From positions 24,738,001 to 24,802,000 of the forward strand of contig NC_086118.1 in assembly GCF_963921235.1 (NCBI RefSeq): a stretch of 64,000 bases of DNA, written 5' to 3'. Position numbers and translations under genes: made by a program. Origin of the DNA: Mobula hypostoma (taxonomy: Eukaryota). Positions 12,732 to 23,878 of the stretch are shown here, in pieces (within the stretch, counting starts at the first letter, position 1; every line of letters begins with the position of its first letter). The notes below the pieces were generated by a model. It did not search any database, had not been told where the DNA came from, and saw only the letters and a program-made list of their open reading frames with translations.

Positions 12732-13464
12732 GTGAGCATTTGGGGTTTTAATGGGTACTAAGAACAGATCAGCAACGTCTATTGAGCAAGGAGCTGGCCA
12801 GGCATGCCTTAGGACTGGAACACTGCAACAGTCCGAGAGTTTCTTTACAATAATTTTATAGAATCTGATCCTCACCAACATTATTGTCCAGCTCTATTTG
12901 TTAATTGACCAGTTTAAGATGCCAGTGAAGTCTCAACTGTGGACACAGATTTCCTTCCCTTAAGGACATTATGGACTTCTATAATAACACAGTCAATCTG
13001 CTATAACAAGAGTGATATTTTGAATTCTAGATGTAAATGTTTTTCACGAGGAGCTGAATTCATTATTTCAGATTAATCGTCATGGTTTTGTAGATTGGTT
13101 TTACCAGGAACATAACCACTGTGCTGTAATATTAAAGTGAAGGATCCCCAGCAAGTTTAAAAACAAACAAGAATGAGAATAAATGATAAAAGGGGTAAAC
13201 TCATCAGGGCTTGTGGAACAGATACCCAGCAAAACTTAACAGATAGGTAATAATAGATTGAATGAAAACTATTGTGTGACTCACATCCTCCCTCTGCAAT
13301 GAAAATCTATAGTTATCCTCAGAAGATTTTGTGATCCAGAATATCCTTTATAAGCTCTCCTTTCCAGTGTGCATTTGTTTCAGAACCAGCCATGTACGTA
13401 GCTCTGTCTAAATGTATCTCTTTCCTGTAATGAGAATAAGAAACAACTGTCTCTTCTTTTCCAG

Positions 13465-14364
13465 TCACCTTATTCAGGATCATCTGCAGACTGTCAATGA
13501 CTATGCTGAGAATCTCCGACAGAAGTTGGCTCCTTACACCGATGGTCTTCATGAGAAGATGACAGTAGACATTGAGAGCCTTTGCCAGCAGATAAGAGAA
13601 CAGCTGAAAGACCTGAGGGAGAAACTTGCTCCATTTGCTGATGGAGTTCATCAGAAGATCAGCAGGAACATTGAAGAATTTCATCAGAAGTTGACCCCTT
13701 TTGCTGAAGACCTGGGCCACAGCTGCATAAGAATACAGCGGACCTTCGGCAGAAGTTGACTCCCTTTACTGAAGAGCTACAGGCCAGATTGGAAGTGAGC
13801 ACAGAGAACCTGAGGGAAGTCCTGACTCCCTACGCTGAGGAGCTCCAGATGAAGATTGATGAAAACATGGACAGCCTCAGGCAGAATGTGGCTGCCAAAG
13901 CTGCTGAATTCCACTCCAGGTTTAACGAGAATGTCCAGGAGCTTCGCAATAGCTTGTCCCCCTATGCCAAGGATCTCCAGATCAAGATGAACCAACAAAT
14001 TGGAGAAATGTCCCAGATGGTTGAACCATATGCCGAGAAGCTCCAGGCAAAAGTCAATGAGCATGTGGATGTTCTGAACCAAAGGCTGAACCCTTACATC
14101 ATCGAACTGAAGGCTAAACTTAACGAGAACATGGACCAGAACCTGGGCCCATTCATTGAAAATTTCAACACCAACGTTAACCAGGGAATCGAGGAGTTCC
14201 ATCAGAACCTGGCTCCCTACACTGAGCAGCTGAAACAAATCATCAGTCAGAATGTGAAGGAGATGCAGGACAGACTTGTCCTGAATGGAGGCAATGTTCA
14301 GCAGGACCTTCAGACCCAGCTCACAACTTTATGGGGCAACTTCTGGCAGCATCTGCAGAACTAA
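13465..14364 (+). pseudogene. APOA4: APOA4-like copy 2 exon 4, frameshifted
   Basis: About 98% identical to 545-1445 but GGCCAACAG is GGCCACAG at ~13719, giving a premature TGA at 13757-13759; original stop at 14362-14364. Confidence 0.8.
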
Positions 14365-14558
14365 TTGAGATGTAGAATGTGGCTCCATCAAACTGTGTGT
14401 CAAGACTCAGGGGTCCTCTTACTATCTCAAATGGTAATATGCCGAAAGTACTTATTGTTTTTCGACTGAAAAGTATTAAAATCAAATACTGAAATTTTGG
14501 AGTGTGAACTATAAAATACCTGCAATAAAGCTTTAATATTTGTGAAGTTTTCCTTGCT

Positions 14559-14702
14559 TCAGGACTAACGTCAGGACGAAGGGTCTCGGCCCGAAACATC
14601 GACTGTACCTCTTCCTAGAGATGCTGCCTGGCCTGCTGCGTTCACCAGCAACTTTGATGTGTGTTGCTTGTATTTCCAGCATCTGCAGAGTTCCTTGTGT
14701 TT
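14559..14702 (+). mobile_element. Short PLE 3' terminal insert (partial hammerhead region plus tail)
   Basis: GACGAAGGGTCTCGGCCCGAAAC..GCATCTGCAGAGTTCC matches 9078-9200; preceded by small inverted PLE pieces TCAGGACTAAC and GTCAGGA. Confidence 0.85.
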
Positions 14703-14837
14703 CCGAGTTCACTCAACCTGTTTTCATAAGGAAAGCTCCCCAATCCAGGCAACATCCTTGCAAACCTCCTCAGTACCTCTGCACCCTTTCTATGGTTTCC
14801 ACATCCTTCCTGTCATGAGGCGACCAGAACTGAGCAC

Positions 14838-17800
14838 AAATATTCTTTGGTTTGCTTACATAATTCATTATTGGTTAAATGTAAGAAGCCCATGAATAGT
14901 ATACATCATTACTCCACCATTTCCTATGTGACCACCTCACTAACTTAAAACTAAGTGCACAAGTATCTCCAGGCTCTTGTGCTTTTCTTTCAGTTAGTTT
15001 TTGGAGTTATAGGATGTAACAGTGATGTTGAGGATGTTTTAAAATGAGTACAAGATGACAACCTACCTGTTGAAGCATAGCATATTTTATTCTTCACAAG
15101 AAAGAGAGGTATTGGAGTTTAAATAAAAACACTGTACGTGTTTCTTCACAAGGGGAGAGAAACTTTTCAGTTAAAAGAAGCCGAAAACATACAAAATTCA
15201 CAGGATCATAAACAGTAATAGGGATAACAATAATAATAAATAAATGAAGCAGAAATAGATGGCTACATTGGAAAGATAGACATGTTGGATTGTACAACGG
15301 ATAACTGGATGATGTACGCTGAATGAATTGAACAGTATTTTGAAGCAAATGAAAGAGCCAATGAAAAGTGATTGCCAGTGCTACTGAGTGCAACAGGTGG
15401 AAATTGTAGTTTGCTTAGAAGTTTAACTGCTCCAACCAAACCATCCAAAGTAAGCTTTGTTGACATCATGAATGTAATTCAAGAACATTTAGAACCAAGA
15501 CCATTGTAGTTTGCAGAATGCTTTAGGTTCCATGAGCAGAATCAAAAGTAAGAGGAGTCCCTTTCAGTTTCTGTGGCTGAATTGAAGAGATTGTCCGAGC
15601 ATTGTCAGATCAGTGATGGGCTTAATAATGCAGAAAAATCATTTAGTTTGTGGAATCTTACAAGAAAACATTCCAAAACAGCTCCTAACTAAAGCACAAA
15701 TCACATTTAAAAGAAGAGTTGAAATCGCTGCATCAATGGAAACAGCAGTCAGAGACGCAATTGAGTTGTGGTCAGGAATGAAAGTGAGAGTGAATAAAAC
15801 TGTAATGTCTGTACAGAAACCTGCCTGGCCGAACAAATTGTTTTACTGCTGTGAAAGAGGTTCACATACACCAGATCAATGCAGATTCAAAGGCAAAATT
15901 TGCAAAAATGCAATGAGGTAGGACACACACAAAGAGCATGTTGGGAAGACAAAAATAAAATGATGACAGAGGGAATAGATAAAGTCAAATTGCATTTTCA
16001 AAAAGAACACTAATCTGTATGATGCTGATGAAAGATTTGGCAAATTAATGAAGGTACTCAAAGATGTCACAGCAGTGTTAAAGAATGGCATTGGAAAACT
16101 CAAATGTATCAATAGTAAAATCGTGTTTAATAAAAACTCCACAACTGAGTTCCATAAAGCTTGTCCAGTTTCTTATACCATCCATGATAAAGTAGCCAGT
16201 GAACTCGATCACAAGGAGCCTGGAGGAATTATTTCCAAGATTGAGTGCAGCACATGGGCAATGCCAATAGCCAAGAAGAATGGGTCTGACATGATCTGTG
16301 GTGATTTTAAGGTTACCATCAACCCAGTACTGAAAGTAGACCAATACCCTCTGCCTAGGATAGAGATCTTTTCAAACATTTCTAGTGGAAATTATTTCAG
16401 CAAAGAGGATTTAGCTGAGGCCCACTGCAGGTGGAGATGGAAGTAGATTCCAAAGCGTTTCTTACCATAAGCTCTCACAAAAGGCTTTATCACTATAATA
16501 GACTTATTTTTGGAGGAGTGTTTGCACCTGCAATCTGGCAGAAAGCTATGGACCAGGTGCTACGAGGCTATCTGGGCACTCAGTGTTACCTGGATGACAT
16601 TATTGTTGCCAGTAAAGATGACAAGGAACATCTCAAAAACTCAAGACAGTGTTAAAAAGATTCGAAAATTAAGAGCTCAGAGCACGATGTGACAAGTGTG
16701 AATTCCTTAAACCAAGCATCACTTACTCTGATCAGATGATTGATACACCAGGATTACACAAGTGTGCTGAAAGAATTCAAGCAGTGGTGGATGCCCCAAG
16801 GCCTGGGGATGTGTCACAGTTGTGATCCTTATGAAGCTTTGTCAACTACTGTGACGGATTCTTGTCAAACCTGGCGACTGTGCTCCTCCCCATGAACTCA
16901 TTACTGCAGATTGGGAAGCAATGGCAATGGACAAAGCAGTGTGAGGTGGCTTTCTAAAAGGGTAAAGGAAACGATGACATCAGACTCTGCACTCACACAT
17001 TATGATCCACATTTCTAGTAATGTTTGCCTATAACATCTCAACCTGTGGTATAGGTAGAGTGAGGTCACATGTTATGAGCGATGGAAGTGAACACCCCAT
17101 AGCCTCTGCATCACCTTCCATTACCTCTGCAGAGAAAAATTATGCACAGATTGACAGAAAAGCCTCAAGTTCGGTTTGGGGGTGTAAAATCCTTCAACCA
17201 GTACTTGTATGGGAGAAAGTTTACCTTTTGTTACTGATAATTAGCCACTAGTGTCCATTTTCAAACCACAGAATGGTGTTCCACTAACAGCAACAGCATG
17301 AGTGCAGAGATGGGCTCGGTTTCATGAAGGACACAATTGCAAGATTGAATTTAGGAGGATGATTAATCAGATAGTGCTGATGGATTATCCTGTTTACCCT
17401 TGGAAATGGAACTACCAGAAAAATTTACAAAAAAGGACACCCTTGACAAATTCTACCCAACACAATTGAAAGCCTTCCTATTACAACAGAGATGATCGAA
17501 AGGGAAACTAGAAAAGACCTCACACTCTCTCAAATCTACATGACCACCAAAAATGTCTGAAGTGTTCATCAGAAACTCCAATATTCCAATTTTTTCCTGG
17601 GCCGATATGAACTTGCCCTTGATGAGGGTTGCTTTATGTGGGGATTTAGAGTTGTTGTACCATCCAAACTCAGAGCTAAACGTTGAAGTAGCTACGTGCT
17701 GGTCATCTAGGTGTGTTTAAAATGAAAGCACTGGTTCAAAACTTTGTCTGATGGTCTGGGATACTCCAGCAGATCGAGCAGCTTGGCATACACAGTATGG

Positions 17801-20800
17801 GATGAGCCTAAAGTTTGCCTAGAAGTTTAAATACTCCAAATAAACCAGCCGAAATGAGCTGTGCTGATATTATGAAAGTAATTCAGGAACATATAGAACC
17901 AAAACTATTGTCATTTGCAGAATGATTTATGTTTCATAAGTGGATAAAAAGGAATGGGAGTCCAGTTCATCTTAATTGAGGAAATTGAGTAGCTGAATTG
18001 AAGAAATTGTCTGAGCATTGTCAGTTCAGTTATTAGCTTATTGATGCACTGAGAGATTATTTAGTTTGTTGAATCTTACAAGAAAGCATTCAAAAACAGC
18101 TCCTTACTGAAGCACAACTCACATTTAAAAGAGCAGTTGAAATTGAAGTATCAATAGAAACAGCAGCTAAAGATTCAATTGAGTTGCACACAGGAACCTA
18201 CCTGGCCAAGCAAATTGTGTGACTGTTATGGCAGGGGTTCACATACACTAGACCAGGATTAGAGTCAAAACTTGCAGAATAGAACAAAGTAGGAAACATA
18301 TAAAAAGCATATTGGGCAGAAAAAAAATAAATAGACTGCACAGGGAAGAGATAAAGATAAAAAGTCAAATTCCAATTTCAAAAAGAGCACTAGTCTGCAT
18401 GCTGTTGATGAAAAATCTGATAATGATAAGAGTAATACAGGACAGAGTAGCCTTAAGATTTACAATGCAAAAAGTAACCATAGGACAAGGAATATGGCTT
18501 ATACCAGAAGTGGACATCAAATTAATTAAAAGGGAATTGGACACAGGCTCCCCTGTATCTGTCATTCTACAAAATGAGCTTGAACAGATTTTCAGATACT
18601 GAACTGAAACCTACAGATATCCAACTAAGAACTTATAATGGAGAAAAGGTAACTTCTATTGGAATGACATCTGTAACAGTGAAACACAACAACCAACAAG
18701 CCATATTGGGCTTGTATGAGGTTAAAAGCAGGAAGACAAGCATTGTGGAACAGTGATTGGATGTGACAACTGCAATATAACTAGTGATGCATCCACTATC
18801 TCTATACCTCATCCCCTGCAAAGGAGTGAACTGAAAGTGGATTAAGAAAGGTACTGGATAATGCCACATTCCTCAAGGGTGGCATTGGGAAACTCAAGCA
18901 TCAGGGTAAAATAGTGTTAAATGACAATGGCACACCAAGGTTTTACAAAGCCTGTCTGATTCCTTAAACCATCTTTGAGAAGATGGCCGGTGAGCCAGAT
19001 CACATGAAAGCTGAAGGAATTCTGTCCAAGTTTGAGTGGAGCATGTAGGCAATCACAGTCATTCCAGGAGCCAAGAATGATTGGTCTGTCAGGATCTGTG
19101 GTGATTTTAAGGTCACCATCAACTCAGTACTGAACGTAGATCAATCCCTTCTGCCAGGAGAGAGAGTATCTTTTCAAACCTTTCAGCAAATTGGATTTAG
19201 CTGAGGCCTACCTACAGAGATGGAAAAATAGTCCAAAGTTTTTTTCACCATAAACACTCACAGAGGGCCTTATTGCTATAATAGACTTAGTTTTGGCATA
19301 GCATTTGCATCTGCACTTAGGCAGAAAGCTATGGACCAGGGACTGAGTGCAACCAGGATGACATCTTTTTTACCAATGTGGATGACAAGGAACAACGCCA
19401 AAATCTCAAGACACTGTTAAAAAGATTACTATGTTATTGGCTCCGAACACAACCCAAATGTGAATTCTTGAAACCAAGCTTCACTAATTGTAGTCACACC
19501 TTTGACTCACAAGATTTACACAGGTGTGCTGTGAAAATTCAAGCCGTGCTGGATGCTCCAAGGCCAAAGGACATGTCACTGTTGCAGTAATTTCTAAGAA
19601 TTTGTCAATTACTATAACAGGTTCCTGCCAAACCTGGCTACTGTGCTCCACTCCTTGAACTCACCACTATGGATCGGGAAGAAATGGCAAAGGACAAAGT
19701 AGTGCGTGGTGGATTTCCAAAAGACAAAGGAAGTGGCGATGTCAGGCGCTGTACTCAGACATTATACGTCCACATGTGAAGCTTGTTTGTGACACCTTGC
19801 CTTATGGTATAGATGCAGACGTATCACATGTTATGAATGATGGAAGTGAACACTCTATAGCCTTTGCATCACATTCCCTTACAGCTGCAGAGAAAAATTA
19901 TGCACAGAGGCCTTGAGTCTGGGGTGTAAAACATTTCAACCAGTACTTGTATGGGGGAGAGTTTGTCCTCAATACTGATCACCAACCACTAGTTTTAATT
20001 CCACCTCCCATTCCCCTTCTGACATGTCTATCCACGGCCTTCTCTACTGTAAAGATGAAGCCACCCTCAGGTTGCAGGAACAACACCTTACATTCCGTCT
20101 GGGTAGCCTCCAACCTGATGGCATGAACATTGACTTCTCTAACTTCCGCTAATGCCCCACCCCCCCATCGTACCCCATCTGTTACTTATTTTTATACACA
20201 TATTCTTTCTCTCACTCTCCTTTTTCTCCCTCTGTCCATCTGAATATACCCCTTGCCCATCCTCTGGGTCCCCCCCCCTTGTCTTTTTCCTGGACCTCCT
20301 GTCCCATAATCCTCTCGTATCCCTTTTGCCTATCACCTGTCCAGCTCTTGGCTCCATCCCTGCCCCTCCTGTCTTCTCCTATCATTTTGGATCTCACCCT
20401 CCACCTCCAACTTTCAAATCCCTTACTCACTCTTCCTTCAGTTAGTCCTGACGAAGGGTCTTGACCTGAAACGTCGACTGCACCTCTTCCTAGAGATGCT
20501 GCCTGGCCTGCTGCATTCACCAGCAACTTTTATGTGTGTTACCAACCACTAGTGTCCATTTTCAATCCACAGAAGGTTATTCTACTTAACAGCAGCAGCA
20601 CAAATGCAGAGATGGGCTCAGTTTCTTGGAGGACACAATTACAAGATCAAATTCACGGAAATGCTGACGGATTGGTCTGTTTACCCTTGGAAAAAGGAAA
20701 TACTTGAAAAATTTCCAAAGCAGGGCTCTCCTCTTGACATATTCTCCCTCTCACGGCACAGATGATCCAAAGGGGAACTAGAAAAGACCCCACACTGTCT

Positions 20801-21403
20801 CAGGTGTACGTGGCAACTCAAAATAGCAGGAATGTGCATCAGAAGTTCCAGTTCCCTCATTTTTACTGGTGCCGGAATGAACTTGCCCTTGAGGGAGGTC
20901 GCCATATGTGGGGGTCGAGAGTTGCTGTACCATCCCAACTGAGAGCTAAAGTGTTGGAGGAGCTGCATGCTGGTCATCTAAGCATGGTCAGAATGAAAGT
21001 GTTGGCTCAAAGCTTTGTCTGGTGGTCCGGGATAGGTCGGCAAATCAGACAGCTTGCCTTGCACCATTCGGGATGCAAACATATCCAGAAGAAAGATGTG
21101 CAGAGCTGTCAGTACCATTTCCTACAGTTCCACAGTCAACTCTTACACAGCTTATAATTTACAGCTAAGCAGGGAGGAGTGTAGTGTACTAAATATTTCA
21201 GTAATATTGTAAATATATTCTTTGATTAAGCACTGTTTGTTTACATAATTCATTATTGGGTATACACAAGAAATGTAGGAAAGGGCATACATCACTTTGC
21301 CACCATGTTATAGTGAGCACGTGACTAAAGAAAAACTAACTACAAGTATCCCCGGGCTCCTATGGTTTTCTCTCAATTAGTTTTTGGAGTTACAAAACGT
21401 ATC
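14838..21403 (+). mobile_element. Decayed Gypsy (Mag-like) LTR retrotransposon locus with two tandem gag-pol internal regions
   Basis: Diverged LTRs ~14838-15021 and 21180-21403; polypurine tract AGCAGGGAGGAG before the 3' LTR; RT motifs ICGDFKVTINP, YPLPRIE, CYLDDIIV; protease ELDTGS (~18535); integrase Zn finger LHAGH; many stops and frameshifts. Confidence 0.85.
19994..20540 (+). mobile_element. 5'-truncated PLE nested in the Gypsy element
   Basis: GIY-YIG C-terminus plus pseudo-LTR homologous to 8721-9165; hammerhead core 20444-20479 with GUC triplet; perfect 13-bp TSD ACCAACCACTAGT at 19981-19993 and 20541-20553. Confidence 0.9.
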
Positions 21404-23878
21404 AATTATCACACAAGGATTTACGTCATTCTTACGTACTTCTCTGAGATGTGTATAATTAAACAATCTGCCAAAAATGACACTAGTAATGTTGGCTTTT
21501 GTTTTACATCAACCTCTAATTGTCCCTGAATTAAATCACAATTAAGAATCAAGGTCCAGAATCACATACTGATCAGAGCAGATGAAGATTAGAAAATATT
21601 TTCCTTGAAGGATGTTAAAGCAAATGGATTCTTACATTCCACTGGTTTGGTGGCTGCTAAAACTCGCTTTTTAAAATAAAAATCCAGATACTTAATCACC
21701 TGAATTTGAATTCTTCAGTTGGCATGGAAAGATTCAAACTCATACCTCTGCATCAATGGTATAGAATACTGGTTGCTAATCTCGTAACTACCGGCATAGT
21801 TACTGCTACTTACTGTCTTTGTTAGTGCAGACAGCAAATAATTGGAGCGGAAAATAGACATAATATGTTGAGGAGATAAACGGTTTAATTTTAGGAGGCT
21901 TTTTCCTGCAATGTTTATTGAAAATCAATATCCTGTTCTCAGTGGTGGGTACCTACAACAACTGTTAGTGCTGTGCACATCAAAGAATTAACATCTGCTG
22001 AAAATTTGTTATTTCAACAGTGTAATTTTGGTGCACTTTGCATGCCCTCAGTGTGTCCCAAAATATCTCTAACCCAAAAAAAAATGTCACTGAATGTTGG
22101 CACTGCTGTTACATAGGTGAACTGCTAATATGCACAGTAAGTTGTGATAAGCAGCAGTGAAAAGAATGTGAAAATAATCTGTTCTGCTTTTCTTCTTCTG
22201 AGGCAATCCCTTTGAAAATATCAAGCATTATATTTGTTGCATGGTGCAGCATACAGGGAAAGGAGGCCCTGTGACTTAGTCCTGCTTCTATCCAATTTTT
22301 AATGTCACCCTCTCCCTAAATTTAAAAGAAAATAGTCTTAAATTATATTTCACAGGGCAGTGGGTTGCCGACTCTGACTAGATGGATAACAAGTGATGCA
22401 CGCCAATTGATAATGACATTTCATTCTCATTGCATTGTCCCGGCCAGCACATTAAATATGGTCCTTTGGGAGCTGCTGACATCTGTGGATTTTGCACTGG
22501 TGTCATCACAACAACATCAACACCACGAACTGAGGATCAGAGGTAGTGTGGACTTCAAGCTCAATGCAGCAAGTTAGGCCGAAGGGATTACAGTACTTCC
22601 ACTCTGTGCGACTCTGCATCTTAAACAACAGGCTAAAGTCTTTTATAGCACTAATTAAAACAGCAAAAACTTACCAGTGGATTCCAATTAAAAACTACAG
22701 ATGATTGTTTAAGCACTGCTCTGCTTTAGAACTGGAATATAAAACATGACTTGCTAAGTTTAAACTTTATAATTCAAGTCATCTTCAACATGAGAGAAAT
22801 ATATACTTATGCCCATGTCACAACATTTACAAAGATTCTGACACACAAACAGCCTGAAGCCTTCCCTAACCATTCACAACCACAAAAGGATGGCTGCATC
22901 ACAATCTTTTTGCTATACTTAAACAACATTTTTGTTTTAGATTAATAACACTTACGTTATCAATGTATACAGTGCCGATAAAATGTATTCAACCCCCCCG
23001 TGGAAGTTCCCATGTGCTATTATTTTACAATATTGAATCACAGTGGATTTAATTTGGCTTTTTTGATACTGAAAAGGACTCTTTTGTGTCAAAGAGAAAA
23101 CAGTTTTCGATAAAGTGATCTAAATTAATTACAGCTATAAAACACAAAATAATTGATTGCAGAAATATTCACCCCCTTCAAGTCAGTCTTCAGTAGATGC
23201 ACCTTTGGCAGCAAGTATAGCTTTGAGTCTGTGTGGATAGGTCTCTATCAGCTTTGCACATCTAGACACTGCAACTTTTCCCCAATCTTCTTTACAAAAC
23301 TGCTCAAGCTGTGTCAGATTGCATGGGGATCATGAGTGAACAGCACTTTTTAAGTCCAGCCACAAACTCTCAATTGGATTGAAGTCTGGACTCTGACTTG
23401 GCCACTCCAGGACATTAACTTTGTTGTTGTTAAGCCATTCCTGTGTAAATTTGACTTGGGGTCATTGTCTTACTGGAAAATAAATATGTTCCCAAGTCGC
23501 AGTTCTCTTGCAGACTGCATCAGGTTTTCCTCCAGGATTTCCCTGTATTTTGCTGCATTTATTTTACCCTCTGCCTTCACAAGCTCTCATGGCCTGCTGC
23601 AGTGAAGCATCCCCACAGCATGATGCAGCCACCACCATGCTTCACGTTAGGGATGGGGTGTTTCTGATAATGCACAGTTTTTGGCTTATGCCAAACATAG
23701 TGTTTAGTCTGATGGCCTAAAAGCACAATTTTGGTTTCATCAGACCATAGAACCTTCGTCCAGCTGACTTCACAGTCTCCCACATGCCTTCTGGCAAACT
23801 CTAGCCATGATTTCATGCGAGTTTTTTTCAGTAATGGGCTTTCTGTTTGCCACTCTCCCACAGAGTTGCAACTGGTGA

